Of a stretch of DNA of 64,000 bases, positions 12,777 through 24,956 are shown one piece after another (within the stretch, counting starts at the first letter, position 1; the number at the start of each line of letters is the position of its first letter). Origin of the DNA: the human T2T-CHM13v2.0 reference genome, Homo sapiens; NCBI RefSeq assembly GCF_009914755.1, contig NC_060941.1; one strand, written 5' to 3'. The position numbers were made by a program, and so were the translations under genes. The notes under the pieces were generated by a model that was given only the letters and a program-made list of their open reading frames with translations, was not told the DNA's origin and did no database searches.

Positions 12777-15099
12777 TATGCTCCATACTTTACTCATGTT
12801 ATTTAAAACTCACTGAACCCCATGACATAAACACCACCCCCATTTTACAGATGAGGGAATGGAGGCTTAAATAATATGCCCATGCCAGTAAATGACAAAG
12901 CTGGGATCCCGAAGTTTATGAGATTTCAAAACCCACATTCTCATTGTTCCATGCAGAGTCCTAATTTCAATTTCTACTATTGGGGTCTGGGAAAAAATAA
13001 ATCAGCCTGTTTGAAAAACCAGGCTTCAAATTTTGGATCTAAGAATCAAGTGAGAAACCATGCCCAGGATACAAATGTGTGCCATGTTCTTATGACCCAA
13101 TTTAAACTACTGTTCTTGTTATTTTCGTTAAGGAGCTGTAGTGATGCTTTGCTTCTGCCTGCAGTGAAACTATGAACCATAAATCCTACTATTTCCTACA
13201 GTAGGATCGTCCCAGTGGATTCAAACAGACTCCCATAACTCATGGTAACAGATATCTCTAAGGGAAACAAAAGAATTATAGTGCTCAGTTATATAATATC
13301 ACCGTGTCTTCAATTTTCTGTCCCAGAATTTCTGTTTTCAGGATTAAGATTAAGAAAACAAATTCTCTGGGAACAAAAAGAACACAAGGCATAGCTAATA
13401 GATGCCTATCTCGAAATGTCTTTTCTTACCAGTAACCAACCACAATAAGGATTAGAGGGTCACTTCCTGGTGCAAAGCCAGGGTCTAGACTCAGCCAGTC
13501 TTTGCACTTGAGAAACACAACACACAGTATCTATCATTCTTTGAAGAACCACCCCCCCCCCCCCACACCAAACAGCAAGCAGATTGTACATCACTCCTTC
13601 TGAGGCACACAGATGGCTTTTGAACACTGCAACCCTTTCTTCTCTCAAGGGCACTGCAGATTTTATCACCCACCTCACACTAAACTAGGTCCTGCTGAGC
13701 CTGCCGAATATGGAAGGAGGTTTCAAAGCCACATGCCCTGACATCATAGGATTACCCGTCCTCACGTTCAGTCCTTGGCATTCCTCTCAGAGAACTCAGG
13801 AGAATGCTGCCTTTTGTAGATGGGCACAAGGGAAATGGCCTCAGTGCTCAGCATGGCTGCCCCCAGTGCCTAGGCAGCCTCCTACTGAGCTACGGGGTGG
13901 GGGTTCTCTTCTGTGCTTCAATTCCAGCCAGGAGCTTGTACACACGTGGTCAACTGTTCTCTCCATTGATAAGAGACGGCAGTGACCTATTTCTTCAGAC
14001 GCTCTGTCCGCTTGGGAGCAGGATGCTAGGGAAAAGCTGAAGGGCCTATCTACTTGCTTCATGCCTGGGGGGAAACTTCCTTCTCATCCTTGTGCCTACT
14101 GAGGCTGGACACGTCCATTAGTGACTAATGTGGTAGGGAGGCAGTGCAGGCCTCTCCTGGCCACACACATACACACACACTCCATTTACCTAGCCGGCCA
14201 CTCTTAACTGGAGGACAAACTCTTATTTTACACTTGCGTGACTTTCAATGCCAACTTCCACTAGAAGCTGCCAGTAGCCACTGACAAAATTGTCTCACTC
14301 AATTATGATGCCACAGACTGACCTTAACCTGAACCAAATGTCGGAGAAGGCTGTGCTCCCCAACTGCACATTTGAAATATTTATCCAAAGAAGCTTTTCA
14401 GTCATAAAAAAAATGGGCAGACTTAATACAAAGGTGAATCCTAGAAGCACCCCAATTCACTGGCTTTAAAACTGACAGCAAATCTGGGAGCTCCTCCTTG
14501 AGAACGATTAGCAGAGGCTTCAGGCAACACTTTCTAGGCAGAGGCCAGAGTGCCCCTCTTTGTGGGCCAGGACCCTTCAAGCCACCACCAGCCACCCAGC
14601 CCTCCATCAATACTCTAACCTGGTAGTCACCAAATGTTTGTGATCACATAGCAATGAGAAAGACAGACAAATATATTTTGAGCACATACTACCAATATTC
14701 TGATAAAATGCATTTTTGATGTAAATGATTAATCCATATATTAATTACTAATAAAGGTTAATTTCTTTTTGTTAGTAAAAATAAACAGAAATAAAAGTTC
14801 CAGCTTTTTCTTCCCATCCATGGAGTGACTTATGCAGCCCACTATTCCAGGAGCAAATGCTGGTGCCCTTGCTAGGTCATCCTGGCTTGAGACCCGCCCC
14901 ATCCCCAACACTGAGGCTAGAGCACCAAGGACACCATCTCAGTGGGGTTACTGCTCTAGGTCACGAGCCCTCTCTGTGAGATCACCCCAAGAAAATGCCA
15001 GCTTCATAGGTCCCTTTCCCTGCATAAGGGTGGATACTTCCTTCCATCTCTGATTGGAAGTAGGCAGCTCTTTAGTTGTAGTCATGGCATCTCCTGCCG

Positions 15100-15760
15100 A
15101 TCACAACCTGTTAGGCTTCTGCTCTTAGCCCCTCCAATTCCCTCCTCCACACAGCCCCCTTAGTGGTCTTTCTAAAATAGAAATCAGAGCATGTCACTCC
15201 ACTGCTTAAAATACCTGAGTGGTTTCCGACAGGCCTCAGGACAAAGTCCAAACTCCTTGACAGCTTACATGGCCCTGTGTGATCATGCCCCTGCCCCTTC
15301 TTCCTACCAGGCACCCAGTCTCTGAGCTGCCCTGAAACAGTTGCAGGATGTTCCTTTGATGCATGTTACTCTTACTCTCATGGCTTAGGATGATGCTGTT
15401 CCTTCTGCAGGAACATTCCTCCTAAGCCCTGACTGCCCCCAAATCCAGCCTTTTCTTCTGGTTCATTTCTGCTTTGTTTTCCAGCCTCTCCTGAGACATC
15501 ACTTACTGCACAAGGCTTCTTAGACTCTCCTCCATCCTTCCCAGAGAGGGTCAGGTATCTTCTCGCTGTGCTCTGTGCCCTTTGCTGTGTTTAACATGGG
15601 CCTCACTATTGTGCATAACCTCTTTATTTGTCTCCCCCTCTAGATGGTGAGCTCTATGTGGATAGGAACAACATTTGCCTCTTTCACTGCCATGCCCCCA
15701 GAAGCAAATGCAGTGTCTAGTACCCAGTAAGTGTTCAAAAAGGTCTGCTGAATGATTGCA
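15100..15760 (+). mobile_element. L2 3' fragment
   Basis: ctaaaatagaaatcagagcatgtcactccactgcttaaa ... gtgtctagtacccagtaagtgttcaa...gctgaatga. Confidence 0.7.
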
Positions 15761-15974
15761 TAAGCTGCAACATATGCCCTACCACCTCTTCTAACAAGAT
15801 GTCGTGACATGACATGTTAGGGGGAGTAGCTGGGGGAGGAAACAGCTTGGATCTCTATGTTTCCCTTCTACTCCTGCCCTTAGAGGCCTGTGGACTCTTT
15901 GCTGGCGAGACTTGCAGCCCTCAGGTGGTGTGAGGAACTCAGCAAAAAGGCTTCTCTTTGAGTGTCCCACCTAC

Positions 15975-16145
15975 CTTCACTGTTCCTTCCACTTCCACAA
16001 ACCAGCGCCTTAACATGGCTTGAATCTGGCCATCAGTCAGCTCAGGGTTGGCATTGTGGATTTTCTTCTTGACCAGGTCCTCCAGCAGAAGACGCCTCAG
16101 CCGCCAGTAGAAGAAGGTACGGGATGTTTTCCAATCCAGGATATC
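15975..16145 (-). CDS. ACACA: ACACA coding exon ([18 protein letters not shown]...EVEGTVK), 171 nt, phase 0/0
   Basis: tgtag|GAT, AAG|gtagg; FFYWRLRR motif. Confidence 0.97.
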
Positions 16146-16808
16146 CTACATGCAGAGAAGAATAAACTTAGCCCAGTCCTAATTCCTGCTTAATGCTCAG
16201 TCTGGAGGGAAACCCACAGGCATAAAAACTGATTCTCCAGGCAAGCCCTTCACAGACCCAAGAGCTGGCTGTAAACTCCTAGCACTTCCAGATGTCCCCC
16301 AGGGCAGAAATGCAGCCCACATGCCCTGCTGTCTGCAGCACTGTGCACAGCCATGGGCCTGGCTAATGCTGATCCCACACATGGCTGAGATGTTCTGGGG
16401 AAGAGGCTGTGAGTTCCCAGATAACCAGACAAGGATAAATTCGTTTTGAGAAGATGGATCAAACAACTTGCAGATCAATTATTAATTAGCTGCTGCGGGA
16501 GCCTTGACCCTATAGTAACCCACATCCTGAGGACCCGTCACCAATGAAGTCACATGTGACTCAGTTTCCCACCAGTAAAATGCAGCTTGCCTCCTGAGGA
16601 ATTAATGGAAACCTAAATTATACATTGTTTTAAGATGATAACAGTTACAGAAACAGTGAAAATCTAAAAAATATTGAAAATGTTTTGATCTGCAGAAGTT
16701 GTTTTAATTTGGCCCTCATAGCTCCCTGCTTATGAGCCTGTGTGCAACACACACACACACTTGCCCACATGTGGGCCTCTGACAAGAAGTGGCAACCATT
16801 GTACTTAC

Positions 16809-16963
16809 GCTAATAACACCCTTCTCCTGCATCCGGCCTGGTGTGTCGTGCAAGTCAGCAAACTGCACGGCTACCTGATGGTAAATGGGAATTAGGAATT
16901 CCTCCCGCTCCTTCAACTTGTTCTCCAACTCCTTCCGCTCAGCTGTGCTTAGCTCTGGGGTCC
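16809..16963 (-). CDS. ACACA: ACACA coding exon ([13 protein letters not shown]...[18 protein letters not shown]), 155 nt, phase 1/0
   Basis: ttgcag|GG ACC, AGC|gtaagt; peptide visible in ORF 16716-16928. Confidence 0.97.
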
Positions 16964-18419
16964 CTGCAATTAGATAAACATGCCCGTCACACTCTGTAAT
17001 GACCAGGAATCTCTCTGCACAAAAGCAGCCACAATCACGGGAAGCTCAACATCAGCCTGCCCCCTCTTCCCTCTGTGGCCTGGCTCTCCGTTGTCTTCTC
17101 TGCTCTTTGCTGATTAACAGGGCCCTACAAGATGCCACACCAGTCTTTACCTTGCCACAAGAAGCCCACATGCCCTCTTTTCCCTGTGGCAGTCACAAGT
17201 GTGAAGGCAGATGGCAGCCCCTCTCCCATGCCTCTCCCTGAGAAGGTGCAAGTAGCGACCTAGAGGCCTGCTGCATATTGCTGACACCACCCAGGCTCCT
17301 CCTTCCCCTGAGGCCAGTACTTGTACACTGACACCATGCCCATCCCTGCTGACCAGCATCAAAGCAGCTGGGCTATTCCACACGTGGGATGTGGTGAGAG
17401 CACCCCTAAACTCCGAGCACAAACTAGTAGCTCCTGTTTCCGTGTACATGCGAGTTATCTGCCAAACTTGGCAAGGACCTGAATAACTCCTAAAGTTACA
17501 AGCCATAGTACTTCATGGCTTCTAATCTCAGGTTTATATACTCTTAACCTCTAATTAGTAGAACTCAATCTAATTAGAGCTAGATCCTCACATCTTGTGT
17601 CAGCTCAGTGGGTTAGCCTGTGCTCTCCCGCCTGGGCTGCTACTGCCAGAGCCAGTCCCTGACCAGACAAAGACATTCTACTTCTTAGGCTAAAGGAGAA
17701 GGAGGATGTAAAAAGAGAAAGGCAGTTGGCAAACCTCATTTGGATCACTGCGCACGGTACCCTGACTCAACAGACAGGAGACTTTGGAACCCCTTATACC
17801 AAGGAGGGACCCCTCCCCCAATCAATAGTGTCCCAGTAGAGGTGTTGCTATGGTGTGCCTTTCTTCCTAATTACTCTCAGAATGGGATCTGCAATCAATA
17901 CTGAAAATTTAGCTGCCTGCCTAGTAAGGAGGAGTAAGCCTAGCTGAAGGAGCAATAGGTGACAGCCCCTGGTGTTAGGGACACCCTGAAGTGCTTTGTC
18001 ACCAAAGCTGACAAATAAATACATGAGCACAGGTGATAGGATGCAGAAGAGGAAGGTCTATTTCAAGCATGCCTGTCTGGGAACAGGCCTTGTTTTTTAC
18101 ACCACAATGAATCATATGCCATAAAAACAGCCTTGGGCTGCTGACTGAGCCGTATTATACATAAACACAGGTTAACAGAGGAGGGATGTAACTATAGTAC
18201 TTAAGTTTCATTTTTATTAGTTTTTTGGATGCCCAACTCTACCTCTTTTTTTAAGCTCATCACCATTTTAAAACTGTGATGAAGGTGCCACTGATCTGCT
18301 GCTTTAGGCCCCGGCGCCTCAGTAGTGTTCCTTCCAAAACACCTGAACAGCATGAACGCACCGGGCCCCACACTAAGGGATGACACAAAGGCCCATTGCA
18401 TTCTAGTGTAGATCTGCCT

Positions 18420-18698
18420 GGAGGGCTGATGGCGGGAGGGCTGAGGGATGGAGGGCTGATGGGAGGAGGGCTGATGGGAGGAGGGCTGATAGCAGGAGGG
18501 CTGATGGGAGGAGGGCTGATGGCGGGAGGGCTGATGGCAGGAGGGCTGATGGCGGGAGGGCTGATGGCAGGAGGGCTGATGGCGGGAGGGCTGATGGCAG
18601 GAGGGCTGATGGAGGGAGGGCTGATGGGAGGAGGGCTGATGGAGGGAGGGCTGATGGCAAGAGGGCTGATGGGAGGAGGGCTGAGGGATGGAGGGCTG
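18420..18698 (+). repeat. 15-bp G-rich minisatellite (GGAGGGCTGATGGNN), ~18.6 copies
   Basis: Tandem units read directly from the sequence. Confidence 0.97.
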
Positions 18699-18759
18699 GC
18701 TGGTGTCTTCGGAGATGAGACATTCTCAGAACACCCTTGTTAGGGAAGCAAATATTTTC

Positions 18760-20280
18760 CCTTCTCCACAGAAAGAAACCAAGATTCCCTGGAGAAATAG
18801 CTGATTCTAGGGATGAGGTAGGGAAAACATCAGATGAACCTGGGGTATATTGTGACAAAAAAACAAGGAAGCCCTCAAAAAACGATTGAGACATGTTAGA
18901 AAAATGCAGGAGCCAGTTTTGAATGTGTTCCCACTGCCCAATTCTGGGACAATGAACACTAAAATAAATAATGATATTTATTAACAGACAGAATATTTGT
19001 GGAATGAAACTAGAATCTACCAATTCACCCTCATATAAGTAATTAAATGAGGGAGAAGGGAAAGGGAACACTCTCTCTTCCAGCAGAAGAACAATAAGTG
19101 TAGCGGAAATGATGGAATTAGAAAAATCACCGTTTTACAAGCATCACTGTAAATTACTCTTCCAAGAATCATCAATGGATGTCAAAGCCAGTGGGTGAAA
19201 GTTTGATAAGAAACAGAATATTCACAAGGTCTTAAAATATTCCTTACAAATCACTTATTAATTACAAAGGGGAAAATGGTAACTTTATCGTGGATTAACC
19301 TAGTGAACAACACCTTAAGCAAGTAATTAAATTATCACCAAGAGGACAGACTGATACCATGACTCCTGATGATGTACTGAGAAGGACAGAACATGACTTC
19401 CGCAACATTCCTGCCCAAAAAGCAGAATCGAAATCTAACCACAAACCCAAACTGAGGAAACATGCTACAAAAAAAGTGGCTCACTCTTCAAAAATGTGAA
19501 AAACATGAAAAACAAAGGTCAAAGAATCAGTCCAGATTAAAAGAGACCAAAAATACTTGACAATGAATTTCAATGTATGCTCATTAGATCAGATCTCAGA
19601 CCGCCCCTCAAAAAAAAAAAAAAAAACTAAAAAGGACATTGAGACAATTGGTAAAATTTTAATATGAATCATGGATTAGACAGTAGTATCAATGTTTACA
19701 GTTCTTGATTTTGATAAATGTATTGTGGTTATGTAGGAGAAAGTCTGTGTTCTTAGAAATACACACTAATATTTATGAATAAAGAAGCATTAGGGCCAGG
19801 CGGGGTGGCTCACACCTGTAATCCCAGCACTTTGGGAGGCTGAGGTAGGTGGGTTACTTGAGGCCAGGAGTTTGAGACCAGCCTGGCCAACATGGCAAGA
19901 CCTTGTCTCTACTAAAAATACAAAAATTAGCCAGGCATGGTGGCACATGCTTGCCATCCCAGCTACTCAGGAGGCTGAGGCGTGAGAATTGCTTGAACCC
20001 GGGAACTGGAGTTTGCAGTGAGTTAAGATGGCGCCACTGCACTCCAGCCTGAGTGACTGTCTCAGAAAAAAAAAAAAAAAAAAAGGCAAGAGGTCCACAG
20101 ATTACTTTCAAATGGCTCAAAGAAAATGCATATGTGTGTGGAGCAAGAGAGAATAAATACATGTACACATGTGAATATGCAGAAATAATAAAGCATTGGG
20201 ATATTAACAATAGGTGAATTTGAGAAAAAAGCATTGTATTATTCTTGTAACTTTTTTGTGAAATTGGAAAGTTTTAAAAA
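18760..20280 (+). mobile_element. Old L1 (L1MC-like) 3' region interrupted by an Alu
   Basis: L1MC-like 3'UTR sequence (attacaaaggggaaaatggtaacttt; gtattgtggttatgtaggaga); boundaries approximate. Confidence 0.6.
19794..20084 (+). mobile_element. Alu (S-type)
   Basis: Full dimer with A tail. Confidence 0.93.
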
Positions 20281-20339
20281 TTAGGCAAGCTGGAAAAGAA
20301 AACTTATTCCTGGCTATCCAATGCATACAATCAATAATC

Positions 20340-20560
20340 AAAGCTAATATTTATAGGGTACTGGGCACCATTCTAAGTGCTTTATATCTATTAATTTATT
20401 ATCACAACAACCTTAGGAGTCTGGTATTCTTATTATTCCCATTTTACAGGTGAGGAGACTGAGGCACTGAGAATTTATGGACTTACCAAGGTCACAAAGC
20501 TAGCAAGTGACAGAGCCAAGACTCAAATGCAGCAGTTTGGGTCCCAAAGCTTTTGAACAC
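20340..20560 (-). mobile_element. MIR
   Basis: attattcccattttacaggtgaggagactgaggcac core. Confidence 0.75.
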
Positions 20561-21144
20561 TGTTAGCTGTCTCTTCTCGCTTACTTGGGCAGAAGACACG
20601 TGCTTCAGTAGTAGTGTCCCTTTAATTTCTGAGAGGCTAAGTGATGATGGTGGGCTCCTGGCTGATAAAGGTTCTATCTTAGTCCCAATTCCATAACTAA
20701 GACCAGGACAATGTCTCCAATAGTTCCCATTCAGATGCAATTTCCTAGGCAGGCCTAAGATTTAAGAGTTGTGTCTCTTGTTACTGTGAGTTCAAGAACT
20801 AATACAATAATAGGTAAAGTCACAGCCCTGCAGGGAGCAAAGGGATGGCAAGACCACTGACATGGCTAAACGCACATATACATGGACCATATCTAACACA
20901 CCATTTATTGAGCATTTACCACTCACTGCACTCAAATCTTTCAGGATCACATATCATAATCACCAAGCACAATACAGATCTACACACCTACATCTGGTCA
21001 GCTGTTAACACTGCTGCCAAGCTGAATACTTCAACGTTACTGCGTGCTTTCCCAGTTGCTTCAGGTACATGATCTCCAATCCTTAGGACAACTCAACTTT
21101 ATGCCAGGGTGTCTATTTTACAGGTAAGAAAACCACAGCTCTGA

Positions 21145-21480
<336 letters not shown>

Positions 21481-22619
21481 GCATCCAGCTCTTAAGTGGC
21501 AAAGTCAGGATTTACACTTGGGTCTGGCTCTCTCCAAAGCCTGTGTTCTTCCACATTAAATGGTATTGAAGGCTGGCAAGCAGATATCCTGCAGTGGCCA
21601 CTATAGGGAAACCAGCTGGAGAGTTGGTTTGTTGTTCGCAAGGAGTTAAGAGCAAGGCTCAGCACTGGCTGCAGAAGAGGGAGCAGCTACGGGCTGAGGA
21701 CAGTGTTTCAGAAACCAGGCTTTGGCTTCGCCAAGTTGGAAGGACGGAGGATGCTGGCTTCTGGGCTAACAAAGGTCTTGCCCTCTCAATCAAGCTATTC
21801 TAGAGCTTTGAAAGAATAACAAAATAAATGCCTGTAATGCTCTGGCCCTCCTGAGACTAGGAAGATTGCAGGGCATTCCTCCAAAGCCTACCTTGTTTGA
21901 TTCCTTCAGTAATGCCTCTGATTATGGTTCAAGACCCACCTCAAAAAAGCATCAAAACAAGGAAAAGACTGAAGTGGAGAATATATGTGTTTTTAAATGC
22001 CCATGTGAAGGTCAAGGATTTGTGTGCTTTGTTTTAGGGGAAAAAAGATTTTTAAAATTTTATTTTCTAAAAATAAAAGGCTGCTATTAAGCCAGTTATA
22101 TCATGTGTTGCACACCGAGGGCCCCTCTCTCCTTGTACAGCAAAGCAGCCAGCCCCGGTAATGATTTAGGGGAGATTAACAAATATGTCAATGTCTATTT
22201 TCTGCTTAATTTAAAAGTGGCGTCTATAAAGATTTTTGACTTCTGAACCCTGTTCTCCTGAAAGAAAGAAGGTAAGAATGAGGAGGGGGATAAAGAGTGA
22301 TTATCCTATCATTGATCGTTTGTCAGGAGCATTTCTTATTCACTGGACTATTGTAAAAAGCTAAGCTCTCGATCAATGCTGTAAGCTCCCTGTACAATTA
22401 AATATCTTGAAATGGTTTTCTTTCTTTTCTAGCCAGATTGCAGGGCCTCAGGGATTTTAGGAAAGCAAGTTGGTGTGTACACGTGTGTGAGTGTGTTTAA
22501 GAATATGCTACAGAGAGAAAAGTCATTCTTTTCTAGAATTCTACATTAGGAAATGGCTGAGTGGGAGTAAAAAGGTAGGTGCTCCCATCCTTTCCTATCC
22601 AAAATAAAAAGTCCCTATG

Positions 22620-22698
22620 CAAGTTGGGAGGACTGCCTGAAGCCAGGATTTCAAGATCAGCCTGGACAACAAAGCAAGACCCTGTCTCTACAAACACA

Positions 22699-22735
<37 letters not shown>

Positions 22736-23235
22736 CCAAGTGTGGTAGCTCACACCTGTAATCTCAGAACTTTGGGAAGCCAAGGTGGGAGGATGGCTTG
22801 AGCCCAGGGGTTCAATACCAGCCTGGGCAACAGAGCGAGACCCTGTCTTTCCTCCTGCATGCCCCCCAAAATTAGCCAGGCATGGTGAAGCGTGCCTGTA
22901 GTCCCAGAGATACTCTGGTGGCTGAGGCAGGAGGATCGCTGGAGCCCAGGAGTTCAAGCTGCGGTGAACTATGATTGTGCTGCTGCACTCCAGCCTAGGT
23001 CAGGAGTGTCCAATCTTTTGGCTTCCTTGGGCCACATTGGAAGAAGAAGAATTATCTTGGGCCACACATAAAATACACTAACGATAGCCAATGAGCTGGA
23101 AAAGAAATTGTAAAAAAAATCTCGTAATGTTTTAAGAAAGTTTACAAATTTGTGTTGGGCCACATGTGGCCTGCAGGCCACGGTTGGACAAGTTTGGCTT
23201 AGGTGAAAGAGGGTGACCTTGTCTCTTAAAAAATA
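22620..23235 (+). mobile_element. Composite Alu (partial arm, (CA)n, J-type dimer) interrupted by MER30
   Basis: Alu sequence resumes after MER30 (gaaagagggtgaccttgtctcttaaaaaa). Confidence 0.82.
23001..23196 (+). mobile_element. MER30 non-autonomous hAT transposon inserted in an Alu
   Basis: caggagtgtccaatcttttggcttccttgggccacattggaagaagaagaa...ggttggacaagtttg; 8-bp TSD gcctaggt/gcttaggt. Confidence 0.88.
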
Positions 23236-23319
23236 AGTCCCCATGAAATCCTAAAAATGCACACTTTTAATTAAAAAATTTAAAGAGTTAAACAGAGACG
23301 AAATATCACTGGTCAAATA

Positions 23320-23520
23320 AGAAGAGCTAACACTATTGAGATGTTACTGTGTGCTGGTACTGTTAAAGTACTTTTTATCTCATTTAATCCTTACAACAAT
23401 CCTAAAAGATGAGGAAACTGAGGCACAAAAAAGTAACTCACCCAAGGCCACAAAGCTAGGCAACAGTGGAGTTGTGATTTTGGACTAGGTAATCTGGTTT
23501 AAGAGCCCATGCTCCTTAAA
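23320..23520 (-). mobile_element. MIR
   Basis: gatgaggaaactgaggcac...cccaaggccacaaagctag. Confidence 0.7.
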
Positions 23521-23638
23521 CAAAGCAGTTCAAATTGACTTGAAAGTATCCGCAGCACAGTGGCCTATCAGGTGTTCCCTGGAGCCAGGATACAAAGAAA
23601 AGCCACATTTCTCCTCCATGGTATCAAAGGTGAAGAGA

Positions 23639-23945
23639 GGCTGGACACGGTGGGTCATGCCTGTAATATCAGCACTTTGAGAGGCCAAGGTGGGAAGGAC
23701 TGCGGAGGCCAGGAGTTTGAGACCAGCCCAGGCAACACAGGGAAATTCTGTCTCTACAAATATTTTAAAATTAGCGGAATGTGGTGGCGCATGCCTTGTA
23801 GTCCTAGCTACTTGGGACTGAGGTGGGAGAATTGCTTGAGCCTGACAGGTCGAGGTGTGGTGAGCTGTGATCATGACACTGCACTCCAGGCTGGCAGACA
23901 GAGTGAGAATCTGTCTCTGACCGAAAAAAAAAAAAAAAAAAAAAA
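23639..23945 (+). mobile_element. Alu (J-type)
   Basis: Full dimer with A tail. Confidence 0.92.
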
Positions 23946-24313
23946 GCTAAAGAGAAACTCCCAGAGGAAACGGCTGATTTCTGCAGCAGGAGGCAATTTT
24001 TTGCCCAGCCATATCACTTAAATAGGCCAGGAGAAGGTCAGCCCTAGTCTGTGTATGAACAAACTACATCCTAAAAGTAGGATTTGGGGGAGGTGACATC
24101 TTCAAAGCTTGGAATAAAAATCAGACTGGTAGACTAAAAATTCTCTGCTCAGCCAAAGGCTCTAGGCGACCTTGTAGAAATCTTTTTCCTTTTCTGAGTT
24201 GAGTTCCTCATTTATGTAACAACAATCCCAGTCTGGCAAACAGGGAAAATGTTTTATAAAAGAATGTGATATTAAAGTGTTTTTAAAAACATTCTCAACT
24301 TTTAAAAAAGTTA

Positions 24314-24541
<228 letters not shown>

Positions 24542-24561
24542 TTACTTAAGAAAGCAATTTG

Positions 24562-24956
<395 letters not shown>

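Noticed and set aside
18396-19071. 115-aa and 222-aa ORFs with GGLMA/PSALP repeats
   Set aside because: Open only because the 15-bp minisatellite lacks stops; the remainder is L1-derived sequence.
22200-22385. H/ACA snoRNA (hairpin followed by ATAGGA H-box on the minus strand); I recall a SNORA gene somewhere in ACACA
   Set aside because: No convincing second hairpin or ACA box at the right spacing, and I cannot place that snoRNA in this window.
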